Below, piece after piece: positions 10,429 to 22,150 of a DNA stretch of 64,000 nt. Both the position numbers and the translations under genes were made by a program. The DNA is from Amphiscolops sp. MND2022. Taxonomy: Eukaryota. Each line of letters starts with the position of its first letter. Within the stretch, counting starts at the first letter, position 1. The notes under the pieces are model-generated. The model ran no database searches and was not told the origin of the DNA. It worked only from the letters and a program-made list of their open reading frames with translations. The stretch lies in the NCBI GenBank assembly GCA_964187785.1, contig OZ076409.1, forward strand, positions 44,022,001-44,086,000, read 5' to 3'.

Positions 10429-13400
10429 TTAACGAGAAGGCTGAACAATTGTGATTGTAATCTGAGACTTTGAAAAAATACGATATAAAATCGAAAAAAC
10501 AGTTGGCCAATGTAAGCGGTCACGACCACTTCCAAGTCTTGGAATGCTGAGCTTTCGAATATTAGAGCGCTCTAGATGCTGACGCAAGGCCATCAAGCTC
10601 AATTCAAGCGATTCATACGTAGATTTATGAAAGAATCTTGTTTTTGTGACTAAGTTATAGATGTAACGTTGATTAAATCGGTCGAAATAAGAGACAAGTG
10701 ATCCCTGCGGTAAACGTTTTTGAGCCTGAGAACGTAGTTGACGAAGCTCCGGGTTACGATATGCGATTGCAGAGGCAAGGCCTCGCTTCATATGAAAATC
10801 TGCTGAAACACAGTGAGCAATAGATTCAGGAGATTCTAAAATATTCGAAGAGAAACAAAAGTTTGGATGAATGTCTGAAGAAATAGAATTTAAAACATTG
10901 GATGAGGACAGTCTTTTCTTCAAATTACGGAAATTATAGCGTGCTTTTACTTCCTTTTGATGCTGTAGATACTCCTGAGGAGATTGCGGTGTCAGCTGTT
11001 GCGCTGTAGTTGGGTGGACCCGTGGACTTGCATCAGAAGGAGGTCGAGTTCGTTGACAAGATTCAAGTAAGATCGTGCGCTTATCTGCTTTTGGTAAGCT
11101 TGTCCCTGGGACCTGAGTCAACTGTGTTCTATGTGGAGGTTGTCCGTAAGTTTTTGGTCCACGTCCAATAAATACTGGAACTGTTTGACGGTTCTCATCA
11201 AAACTTAGTTGTCTATCAGTTCTACGTAAAAGAGTAGTCGGAGTTTTCGGACTGACTGTGGGTAGGTCTTGCTCTGGCGAGGCAGTTATGAAGGCACCAG
11301 CGGATTGTGCAGAATCTTCATTAGAAGAGTCATCTGAAGAAGCCCGAGAATCCGTGGGCTCAGCTGCAAGTTGCGCTGGTGGTGCCGTATCCTCGTCCTG
11401 GGCTGGCAGAGCGGGAAGCGCTGGAGCCGCTGCTACAGCTGGTAGGGGTGGAACTGCCGGCCCTGGAGCTGGTCCTACCGGAATAACAGCTGGTGCGATA
11501 GGAAAACTAAGAGAAACTGTGACCGGTGGAGGCTGTTCTTCGTTTTGAACTACACAAGGCGCCTCTGAGGGAGGCAACAAAAGTGTTGGAATGCTTTCAT
11601 CAAAAATAGCTGGTTCGCCTCTGAAGCGTCCAAGCATAGGATCGCGTTGAAATTTATCCGGGTCAATTTGCTGTAAGTCCTCAACTTGATATTGCGGTAC
11701 GACGGGTCTAAGACGAATGCGATGTACGCATTGAGTGTAGTTTGTACCGACCTTACGAATTATGTAATTAGAATTCGTTAAGACTTGTTCGACTCGATAC
11801 AATGGTAACCAAATAGGAAGGAACTTACTCGAAAAATCAGACTGCGTCATTAGTTTTGGATTCAAAAGAAGACAAAAGGAAAACTGTTTCAGAGGTTGCG
11901 CTTCTGCTTTGTAATCATAATATGCGCGGTATCTATTATACATTTCAGTCAATTTACTTTTCGCTTCGGAAAATTTTTGTAACATGGCGTCCTGCAATGC
12001 AAGCACATATTCTGTAGTAGGTTGCTCACGTTCAAGCGAAGTTTTATTAAACCTGAGATCCAATGGTTTCAAGGGTTCACGACCATGAAACAATGCGGTC
12101 GGACTTGTCCCTATTGCAAAATGGTAAGAAGTATTGTGAATAAATGCAGCAAGTCGCACGTATTTGTACCAGTCATTCCACTGCTCTGTGGTGTTCAACT
12201 TCAAAATTCGTTTGAGGGCGCTATGCGAGCGCTCCACACTACCTACAGTTTGAGGGTGTTTTAGACTGGCATGTTCCAATTTTATTTCCAAAAGTTTAGT
12301 CAATTCGTGCATCAATTCACTCACAAAAGTAGTACCCAAGTCGGATAAAATTGTTTTTGGAAGATAACTATGACGGAAAAATATCGACGCAAGTTCTCGT
12401 GCAACCGTTTCCGATCGCCCATTAATAAGTGGGACTGCGAAAAGATATTTTGTAAATACATCAATACCCGTAAGGACATAACGGTAGAGCGGGGACTGTA
12501 ACGGACCGACAAGGTCAATTTGTAACATTTCGCCCGGGTAAGATTTCAATGAGGAGACCGGTTGCAACGGAGTTTTCAGATTTTTGCTTGGTACACGTTT
12601 CAGTTGCAAGCATTGTAGACAGTTTTGGATAGTTGACGTTAAGTATTCTGTAAAATTCCGAAAATAAAAGCGTTTTCTAAATTCTTCAACCGTTTTATTG
12701 ATACCCATATGGCCTGCTGTAGGCGAGTTATGCAAGCGGTAAATTACTTCGCGCCAAAGGGATTTAGGAACACAGTACTGTTTGTGTTGAACTTTGCCTT
12801 GATCGTCATAAAAAAGTCGATAAAGAACATTTTCCTCAATGATTAGGCGCGGAAACTGTTTACGATATTTTCGCAAAGCTATCGGTAAATTTGGCGACAT
12901 GTCCGGCGAACCTCGGTCTTTCCATTGCATTACTTCACGAATGATCTCGTCTTGATTTTGTACTAATGCGAGGTCTATTGGCTCCGACCGATTAGGCAAA
13001 TCATCAAGAATGTCACTAAATTCGCCTGACGAGACTAGGTTTATTTGATTCACTTGACAAAATGAGTAAAATCCGGTTATTTCGAGAGACGGTTCCGTCT
13101 GCGCTTCAGTTGTTTTCTGTAAAAATTGTTCATACAGACCGAATTCTTTCAACTGAGAAATTAAGCGTTCATCAGCCTTGTCGTCTATGGCTTCTGGAAA
13201 AGTTTGTCTACTTGAAATATTAGATAAAGCGACATCCGGCGCTTTCGCTTCTTTTTCTATTTCAATCTCTTTAATAGGTATCCGATCAGTCAATTTAAGA
13301 GAAAGAGTTAAAGAAGGGTCGGTTTGCATTCGTGATAAAAAATCTGCTGCCGAATTTGCTTTACCAGGAATATGAGCAAGGAGAATGTTAAAAGACAAAA

Positions 13401-15924
13401 CTCTATCCAAACAGTTCCATAGCGATGGGTGAATACTTTTAGATTGGAAAAATTGCGTGAGACTACGGTTATCGGTTAAAACTAGCACAGGTTTAGTGGC
13501 GCCCCATATAAAATGTGCAAAATGATCTAAGGCGAAATAGAGAGCAAGAAATTCTTTATAGTAAACCGAAAATTTCAATTGCGTCGGACCAAACAATCGA
13601 GATCCAAAGGAGACCGGCGCGTATACTTTTTTTTCTTTTCCTTGTTGATCTAACAAGTAGTCCTCAATCATGAGAACAAAACCTGTACCATGATAACTAG
13701 CGTCACAAAGAAGAACGTATTGGAGGCCAGGTTTGGCCAATCGCAAAGTAGAATTGGTAGCATTTCGTAAATCTGTTTTCAATACATCTAATGCTTCGCT
13801 ATGTTCTTTCGTGGTTTTAAATTCTACATCTTTTCGCAAAAGTTTATAAAATGGTAGCAATTTTTGACCCAAGTTGGGCATGAATGAACGGAAAAATTGG
13901 ACAAATCCGATCAATCTCTTCACTTGTTTAACTGTTTCTGGCATTCTGATTTTTTCGAGGAATTTGTTTATTTTGTCTGCTTCAGGTGAGATTCCTTTAG
14001 GAGTTATAGTGCTTCCCAAATAATCAATTTTTGTTGTCCCAAATTCGCATTTGTGAGCAGACAATTTTAATCCCGATGCTCGCAGGCAATCAAATATTTT
14101 CTATAAAGCAGGAATCATTTCATCAAAGGTGTTTACTCCCATGGCAATGTCGTCCATGAATTGAGTACAAACATTGGCAGCAAGACATTTATCTAGATAA
14201 TGTTTGACGAACGAACTAAATCCAGTGACGGATTTGTTCAGGCCTTGGGCTAAACAATTATAAGCAAATGTGCGCGAAGCGAAATTAAATGCCAACAATT
14301 GTACCGAAAGGTCATCCGCCATTTGAACGCAATGGTATGCTTGCGAACAATCAAGTTTACAAAATAGTTTCTTCCCCGCAAAGTGGTTTGTCGCATCGGT
14401 CATGTTTGAAATTGGGAAATTGCTATTTAAGTAATCATGGCGTAGGAGGTGATTGACTCTTCTGAGATCAATAAGTATGCGAAGCTTGCCAGATGGTTTG
14501 CGATGTACAAATATCGGACTAGAATATTTGGAATGTGACAGCGTAGTTATGATGTTAAAATATTGTAATAACGCCAATTCAACTAAGATTTCGTCACGCA
14601 AATGAATCGGTGCTGGTGGACCTTGAACGTATACCGGAAGTTGATGAGCAGGCGTTAATTTGATCTTCAATTCGGTATTATACCCAACATCGAAGCGATG
14701 TTTTGCAAACACGTCATGATATTCAACAAGAAAATCCTCCAATTTTGACTTTTCATCAGCGCTCAAAACACATGTATCCCACGCAAATTTTTTCAAAAAT
14801 TCTTGTCTATCGTGTAAATTAGTTTTTGGGTTTAGTTTTTCACAACGACGAAGTTGCAGAATTTGATCGTAAATTTCACGTTGAAGCGGTGACAAATTTG
14901 AAAGATCCGTACATGTTTCGGGAGTCGGAAACCAAAGTTTTGAGTAATCTGGTGGCGGCCGACCATTGTCAGTGTCGAATTTTTGAAAATGTATATCGTG
15001 AATTAGCTGATTGAGTTCGTTTTCAAAATCGTCAGGGTTTCTCATTTTTGCTAGGGCCAATAATTGTGGATCTATTTCAAGGAGATAATCGGCCTGTGAC
15101 TCGCGCAAAATTTCAAAACGTGCAATTTGTTTTTTGCTATTTAGCGTAATCTGGGAATCAGACAAATTGATCGCTGATATGTATATTTTATTGTCATTAT
15201 CCATCTTGCTCAGAGACGAAGTTAATGCAATATTGGCTGTTTCCTCCAGATTCTTGTTTGGAATTACTAATCCTGTGCAATTAGCAAACTGGTCAGTATA
15301 TTCATCCAAATAGCATTCAAGGAGGACTTGTTGTTGCGGTCCAATATTTACTTTTTTGCTCAGTAGGATAGGAATATTTTTCATTTTTTTTACAAATTGT
15401 CGTTTTTTCCCAGCGTCCGGTTTCATTTCATTGAGTTGAACTGTAAAATCAGGCAGTTTCAGTAAGTTGTTTTTTGGGTCGATCGTAATATTTTGTTTTT
15501 TAAAGAAAGAGTTGCCCAAAATTACACTATTCATTTTTGGTAGCACAAGAAAACTGTCGGTAAAGGAATGAATTCCAATACAGAATGTGAGATTCACCTG
15601 ATTGTCAACTGACACTCGTTGTCCTGAAGCCATGCGGACAGACGTAAAATTTGGAGTTTCATTTTTAATTAATTCAGGATGATTCGCTCGTAATTCATCG
15701 TATAAATTTTGTGGCAATGCATTAGCACAGGCGCCAGTATCAATTAGGGCTCTCCGGCGAATGTGCGGAGAAAATTTTAATTTAACGTAAGAAAGATTTT
15801 CACCTTCAAGAGGCAAAACAGCGCATATATCTGGCTCATTTAATTCTATGTTACGTGTGTGGGGCTCATAAGACTGGTTTTCATGTAGAGAAGTAGGCGG
15901 TGGAATCTTGTGCTGCTTTTTTAG
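10429..15924 (-). CDS. pol: Pol polyprotein (PR, dUTPase-like spacer, RT, RNase H, integrase, Pro/Ala linker, macrodomain); one in-frame TAG at 14101-14103
   Basis: ALIDTGA (protease), FMDD (RT), LLCDAS / TDNRSL (RNase H), H..H..CLQC plus IDLVG, SDLGT, VER (integrase). The two listed ORFs share a frame and are separated by one stop and 12 open codons. Confidence 0.95.
10432..10860 (-). other. TARG1/OARD1 (Poa1p-like) macrodomain at the Pol C-terminus
   Basis: SIAHCVSADFHMKRGLA...RYIYNLVTK..FFHKSTYESLELSL...LSIPRLGSGRDRLHW..V..I...F....ITI, collinear with TARG1 SLAHCISED.RMGAGIA...RYIYYLITK...HKPTYENL..SL...LSMPRIGCGLDRLQW. Confidence 0.88.
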
Positions 15925-17189
15925 TTTTTTTGATTTTGATTGAACGGCATTTGAGCTCCTCGTTGTGGAGGGTTACCTTGCGCGGTACAATCTTTTGCTA
16001 GATGATTCGGATATCCGCAATTATAACAAGTATGTGTTGATTGTTGCGTATAAGGCATGTAATGCGGATCCGGAGTAAAAACTTCAAATGTAGTTTGCGA
16101 TGAACCTTGATTAGAATTTCCTTGTTGAAAGTTGTCCTGATTCGGATTTGACCATTGTTGCTGGCTATTTGGATTCTGATTAAAATTCGAGTTTTGGTAA
16201 TTTTGATTCGACTGATTGTAATTTCTGCCGTAATTGTTCTGCCAAGGTCGTCCACGCCCTTGGTAACCTCGACCTCGGTTTCCACGGTTATTGCCGCGAT
16301 ACCGACCACGGTAGTTTCCTCGATTTCCGCGATAGCCTTGGCCACGATAGTTTTGAGAGCCGCGTTGCGAATTGTTTTGGTTTTGCTGGTTTTGTAACTG
16401 AGTGGTAAAATTCGTAGCTTGCGCTTCTAGTTTTTTGGACATTTCGTTCAGTCTATTGTCCATAGTTTCTTGACTATGGCTCAATTTTGTGAGAGCTGTA
16501 ACTAAAGTATCAGATACTGAAGGGCGCACTTCACTGAAAGCATCCATAACCGAATCTTCAACCTTACAAAGGTTATAGATCGAAAGTTGTTTCCGAGCGA
16601 ATATACACAAATCTTCAACCGTTGTATTTTCCGGTTGTTCCAAAAGTTTCGCTCGAAGCCAGCCCGGCATATTTTTTATAAATTGTCTCCGAATCTGAGC
16701 GGAGCGCGCTTGTTGCGCTGAATGAATTATTTCGGCTCTTCGGGCGGTTTCAGAATCAAATCGTGTTTGTTCCACTGCTGCGTCCGGTGCGGCACCATCA
16801 ATTGGTGCTACAGCAGGTGGATTTGGATCGGGATAAGCTTTAAGTGCTTTCGTTTGTAACGTGACTAAAAAATTCTCTGGATTGTCTGTTTTCGGATCGA
16901 ATTTCAAGTTTTCCAATTTAAGCATATGCAATTCCTGAAGTCTCGGATTACAAAAATGGTCACGAAGAGCTGTCAAAGAGAGATCTAAGTCCGCACGTGT
17001 CGCTACCGGTAGTGTTTGAAAATAGCGGAGCGCAGCGTCTCGAAGATGAAGTTGTAAAAAGTTGGCTTGCTGCGCTTGCGGTACCGCAGCTACTGCTAAG
17101 ATACTTCGCAACAAATGTTCAAATTCACGAAAATTTTCCTTTTCTAAACCCGAGTAGGGTGTTAGCGAGAGTTGAGGTAAAGCAGCCAT
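15921..17189 (-). CDS. gag: Gag, 422 aa
   Basis: ATG at 17189 (MAALPQLS); capsid-like helical region, R/G/N/Q-rich tract, zinc knuckle CYNCGYPNHLAKDC. Confidence 0.92.
   Translation of the reverse strand: MAALPQLSLTPYSGLEKENFREFEHLLRSILAVAAVPQAQQANFLQLHLRDAALRYFQTLPVATRADLDLSLTALRDHFCNPRLQELHMLKLENLKFDPKTDNPENFLVTLQTKALKAYPDPNPPAVAPIDGAAPDAAVEQTRFDSETARRAEIIHSAQQARSAQIRRQFIKNMPGWLRAKLLEQPENTTVEDLCIFARKQLSIYNLCKVEDSVMDAFSEVRPSVSDTLVTALTKLSHSQETMDNRLNEMSKKLEAQATNFTTQLQNQQNQNNSQRGSQNYRGQGYRGNRGNYRGRYRGNNRGNRGRGYQGRGRPWQNNYGRNYNQSNQNYQNSNFNQNPNSQQQWSNPNQDNFQQGNSNQGSSQTTFEVFTPDPHYMPYTQQSTHTCYNCGYPNHLAKDCTAQGNPPQRGAQMPFNQNQKN
15924..15930 (-). promoter_or_regulatory. -1 ribosomal frameshift slippery heptamer A AAA AAC
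   Basis: Directly before the gag TAA; the -1 frame is open from here into the protease. Confidence 0.8.
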
Positions 17190-17882
17190 GATTTTAAAAG
17201 TTAAGTGTGAAATAGAGAGTGACGAATAAAACAAACTAAGATTGTAGTGAAGAAAAAATTGAAAAATTGTCTAGCAAAGTGTGTAAAATGCAGTCGAACA
17301 CTGACGTGTAGTTTGAACTTCGAAAACTGAACAACGAATATAAAACTTTCAAGGCGAAACAAGAAAGGTTTGAGATCAAATTTATAGTGTTTTTGCAACA
17401 ATAACGATTTGCAGTGAAAAGAGAAAATTTGCAATTGGAAAAAAGTAAAAAGATTGCAGAAATTCACAGTTGAGTTTCGAAAAGAGTAATAGCTGTGAGA
17501 CACAGTTCAGTTGAAAATGAAAACAATTGAAGCACTCATGAAATTCGAAAACTACACTATATCACTTTACTGCTTCAGAAGTGAATCAGACTCACCGACT
17601 GTATTCGTACTGGCATTTTGAAGTCATCATGAAATTGAATACAAATATCGGAGCATCAACATTCGCCCAATTGGAGAAAGTCACCAAAATTCATCATTGA
17701 TTTCTGTAGTTTCCAGTTTCTGCCGTGCCGTGTTTGTTTCAGTTGTTACAGCCTCATGGATCGGGTGCTGGTCGTGGATGATGTGGCTGGAACACCGCGG
17801 GTGGTTGGTCGGGGGTCTCGTGTGAGCGTTTCAACACAAAAAGGAGAGTTCTTCTCTGTATTGCATAGTGAGGATTGTTTTG

Positions 17883-17894
17883 CTCCTGTCACCA
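17883..17894 (-). promoter_or_regulatory. Primer-binding site TGGTGACAGGAG (possibly tRNA-Leu type)
   Basis: TGG start immediately after the 5' LTR; the same 12-mer follows the 5' LTR of the second Gypsy (53338-53349). Confidence 0.8.
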
Positions 17895-18229
17895 ACTTAT
17901 ATCTTCACTTTTAAGATGAGTATTTATGGCTGGCGGCTGGATGCAGGAATGGAGAGCAGTCAAGTCTTCGGAACATGGATCACAATCCTCAGATTAGTTC
18001 TCTCTTTTCTTATTGAAAACACAACCATGCAATTCTCTAGTTTTTGTCAGCACTGATGTTTTTTACTTCATAAATATTATTATAGTTATTTGTTCAAAGA
18101 TAGATGCTGATTAAATAGTTAAAAGGTTAAAGTTCTGTCATAGGTAAAATAGTTTTAAGGTCAAATATTTAAGAGTTCTTTCAATCAGTTCTTTTGTCCT
18201 CAACATAGGAATGTTTCAGCTATGTTACA
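17895..18229 (-). repeat. 5' LTR (335 bp)
   Basis: Direct repeat of 3975-4309, followed by the PBS. Confidence 0.95.
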
Positions 18230-18582
18230 CAGTTTCTTGAGAAAATAGGAAAAAAGTTCAATAAATGTAGAATTTCGCCGAATTTGAGGTGGTCCAAAAC
18301 GGTTTAGTATTATTTCACCCCACGTTCATTTCACCCCAAATTCATTTCACCCCACGTTCATTTCACCTCACACTTAAATTATCAAATGCCTCTCAGATAA
18401 ATGACTATTGCCACCCAATTTCAATCTAATAGAAAAGCGTCTTGGTTCTGATTACCAAATAGACACAGAGGCGAAGCGGTGCTTCGCAACACATGACGAA
18501 GACATCGATTATTTTAATATGCGTATATATATTATTTTAATCGCATGCGTATATATTCAACAGTTCAACTTTGTTCAATAAC

Positions 18583-18654
18583 GGCCCTATGGAACAGTGG
18601 TCAACACTTATGCCGTGCAATCGGGAGGCTGCAGGTTCGAATCTCTCTGGGGTT
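18583..18654 (+). repeat. tRNA-derived sequence (SINE head or pseudo-tRNA)
   Basis: A-box-like TGGAACAGTGG, B-box GGTTCGAATC, imperfect acceptor stem. Confidence 0.5.
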
Positions 18655-18972
18655 TTGGCTTTCTTCTAAAAGGCGCTCATTATGAAGTTGACTATAGTGG
18701 AAAAAAAACTTACTTAGCTGGACTGCAATGCACATTGACTTCGTCATTTGCAATAAGCAAACGATGCTTGCTATATGAACCACAAAATCGGAACCGAAAA
18801 GTTTCACTTATCGGAATTGTAATACTTCAGAAAGAACAAGGAGCTCAGAAAAATCTTTTTTCTGTCAATCAAAATCTTTAACTATGGATGCTACGAATCT
18901 TCAGCAAAAAAATCCTATTCCGTTTTCCTACGGCAAAAATTTCCTACAGGCCAGAAACCTCAAAGCTAACTC

Positions 18973-19806
18973 AACAAGACGAGAACGTCTAAAGTCGGCG
19001 CCATATCTAAGGCTCAAAAAGCGCAAAAGACTTTTTTTGAAAAAAAAACTTGAAAATTTTTTTTCGAAATTTTATCGAATTTTTTTTCGAAAAACCAAAA
19101 AAATGGACTGAGTGGCGCTCCGGGGCCCGCTAGCGCGAGCCCCTGGCGCGCTAAAAGAGGGACACTTCCGAAATTGTCAACATTTTTGTTGCAGTTGAAG
19201 GAGGAACCCTTTGGAGAAAAAACAAATTTTCGAAAAAAAGTCTCACAATGCCGAAAAACTGAAAGGGGGGACCCTTTGGAGAGAAAATAATTTTCGGAAA
19301 AAGTCTCACAGTGCCGAAAAAAACTGAAAGGAGGGACCTTTTGGGGTTTTTCACCATCCATTCAGTCGCAAAACATCAAAAAATTGAAGGGATGAAAATT
19401 TTTTATTTTCGAAAAAAAATCTCACAGTGCCGAAAAAAACTGAAAGGGGGGACCCTTTGGAATTTTCCAACATCCATTTTGTCGCAAAACAGCAAAAAAT
19501 TGAAGGGGGACCCTTTGGAGACAAAAAATTTCGAAAAAAAAGTCGCACAGTGCCGAAAAAAACTCAAAGGGGGGACCCTATAGTCTCGTCAGGTTTTGTA
19601 TCTTACGATAAAAATGGAGTAACTGAAAGGGGGGACCCTTTGCACTATCTTAAATACGCTCCCCGTTTACCGATCCAGTACTTTAGTTTAGTAGTTCTGT
19701 TCTGTAAAAAGTGTCCACTACGCATATATTCTGTTATCTGACGAAAAAAAAAACTAGCCACTGTAATAGTCGGGCTCATTTTCTTCTAAAATGCGCCGAC
19801 TAAAAA
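18973..19806 (-). mobile_element. Helentron-associated (HINE/DINE-1-like) non-autonomous element
   Basis: Subterminal inverted repeats AGTCGGCGC / GCGCCGACT, minus-strand end ...TCTTGTT, internal tandem GGGACCCTTTGG blocks; related copies at ~20380-20500, 20987-21210 and 56103-57155. Confidence 0.6.
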
Positions 19807-20045
19807 CAGTAGGCATCAAAGTTTAATTGTTGATTAACGTGAGACGCTTTTGTATAATTACAATATGGTGTGAAATAAAAGTGGGGTGAAATTAATGGGG
19901 GGTGAAATGAACGTGGGCTGAAATCATATGGTGTGAAATGAAAGTGGGGTGAAATGAATGTGGGGTGAAATGAATGTGGGGTGAAATGAACGTGGGGTGA
20001 AATGAACGTGGGGTGAAATGATTTTGGGTGAAATGAACGCACACC

Positions 20046-20837
20046 GTCCAAAACCTCTACGAGAGCATTTCTAGCCGTTAGAAATCAGTTGTAGCTAATA
20101 GTACACAAATTACACATTTGTTTCATATTGTTTCCCAATAAAATTCATGCCGTAGTCAACTTTTTGGAACTATACTGTGTCAAAGTATTTAGAAACAATT
20201 TTGCTAAAAAAAAGAAAGCTTCTTTGGATTTCATTAGGATTATGTGGAATTTTATTCTGAACTTCTAAGGACAGTGATTAAAAAGTTGGAAAATCCAAAT
20301 TTACGACTAAAATTCAAAAAGCAGTTTTCGAAAATTAGGCAATGTTCCAATGAACGTTTTCGCTGAAGCCAGGACTAAACAAGATGGGAACGTCTGAAGT
20401 CGGCGCTATACCTAAGGCTCACAAATCGCCCAAATATGGGCATATTTGGGCGATTTGTGAGCCTTAGGTATAGCGCCGACTTCAGACGTTCCCATCTTGT
20501 TTGGTCCTGGCTTCAGCGAAAACGTTCATTGGAACATTGCCTAATTTTCAAAAACTGCTTTTTCAGTTATTTTAGTCGTAAATTTGGATTTTCCAACTTT
20601 TTAATCACTGTCCTTAGAAGTTCAGAATAAAATTCCACATAATCTTAATGAAATCCAAAGAAGCTTTCTTTTTTTTTAGCAAAATTGTTTCTAAATACTT
20701 TGACACAGTATAGTTCCAAAAAGTTGACTACGGCATGAATTTTATTGGGAAACAATATGAAACAAATGTGTAATTTGTCTACTATTAGGTACAACTGATT
20801 TCTAACGGCTAGAAATGCTCTCGTAGAGGTTTTGGAC
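20046..20837. repeat. Near-perfect palindrome, ~395-bp arms, 2-nt spacer
   Basis: Centre CGCCCAAATATG-GG-CATATTTGGGCG (spacer 20439-20440); arms are reverse complements with a few substitutions/indels. Confidence 0.95.
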
Positions 20838-22150
20838 GCTTTAATGAAAAGCTGGAAGAAAAAATTTGAAATACCCAAAGATGGCTTTTCGTGCTCGGAG
20901 AACGCTTCAGAAGTTCGGATATAGCGTGCTAAGACAAATTCAAGCGCTTGTTTTTGAGCCTCCGCCTTCTCCTTTTGAAGGTGCATAGTGCCGAAAAATC
21001 TGAAGGGGGATTTTCTAAGAAAATCCTTTCAAAACAGTAAAAAAAATTACGGAAATCTCACAAAGCCGAAAGGGGGACCCTTCTGCTTTGGAATGGTTCA
21101 GTATTTCTTGTTAGAAGCTTTGGATGTGTTCACAACCAAGTACTGAGTACTTATGGTAAAAGTGTACATAGTTCGCAAATAGTGGACCACTCAGAGTGAG
21201 GCTGACGAAAAATGACCCTGTCAGAACAAAACTTCTCGTTTTGCGACAAAAGCGGCTGAGACATAATTCAAACTGTTAACCTTAATTAACATGGCTGAGT
21301 TCCAAAATCTGACTAGAAATTTTCAATCATTGATGTCTACACAGCTATGCATACCAAAGACATTAACTATAGCACGTTTGAAAGGTCTGGTGATAGGCTA
21401 TGATTTTGATTAGGTGAGCCCCAGTCGCCGCGCGCCTCATTCTTCAGAATTTTAGTTCCCTTTTGTAGTACCGCCGTTTTCAGGCCATTCCACACTTCGG
21501 GGAGTTATTAGCAACATCATTTGCTAATGCCTTTGCCGTTTACATCAAACTCGGTACCAACAAATGGTTGAATAAAAATGGTGCTAAAGAATATGGGCTA
21601 CTGGCAAAACAGATCAGGAGTTGAAAAAGGTAGGCTGTTTTAAAGTAGCGCTAGGCTATTTAGGGTTAAATGACACTCGCTCTTAGGGTTCCGGAAAATT
21701 GGAGATAAAAAGTCAAAATTTAACTAATGTTTTCGCATTGATGAAACAGAGGACGCTAGGTCTATATGTATTGCTGTTTTGAGGAGGAACTGTACGTGAT
21801 ACACTCATGAAAACAAGCGAATGCCTAGTGAGAAAGTGGCCGACTTATGTCGAGTAGCCTAACTGAAGTAAAGAGTCGAAGCATTTGTTCACATGCAGCG
21901 CTTTGCTTCACTAGTCAACTTAGTCCACATTCAATGGGAATGATACAGATTCGCAAAGAAATGTTCATCGCCCAAAAATATGCATTTCGCATCATTTATA
22001 TCAGCGATACATTAGCAATTGAGCTATGTGGGCATTCAATTGCATGCAAATAATTAGCATGCAAATAAAATTTCCAATGTAGCAAAACTTTTATAATAGA
22101 TACTATTTTGTTTGCAGAGAACTCTACGTAAAAAAGCATTATTTAATTAC

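Larger units (their letters stand above)
3975..18229 (-). mobile_element. Full-length env-carrying Ty3/Gypsy (Metaviridae-like) LTR retroelement, 14,255 bp, in CLIC intron 1
   Basis: Two 335-bp direct repeats, TSD CAGTT (3970-3974 and 18230-18234), PBS, PPT, gag, pol in PR-RT-RH-IN order, env and accessory ORFs. Confidence 0.97.
18301..20045. mobile_element. Non-autonomous foldback/MULE-like DNA element with subterminal 17-bp tandem repeats
   Basis: 9-bp TSD GTCCAAAAC (18292-18300, 20046-20054); GGT...ACC ends; TTCATTTCACCCCA arrays on the left and inverted GGGGTGAAATGAA arrays on the right. Confidence 0.8.

Noticed and set aside
18583..18654. Functional tRNA gene (also 27471-27549)
   Set aside because: Stems are imperfect and the sequences are embedded in repeats; better explained as SINE heads.
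19865..20040. Regular 17-bp repeats and ORF 19800-20051 (FHPTFISPH...), superficially CRISPR- or repeat-protein-like
   Set aside because: Contiguous tandem units without unique spacers; they are subterminal repeats of a DNA element in a eukaryotic context.
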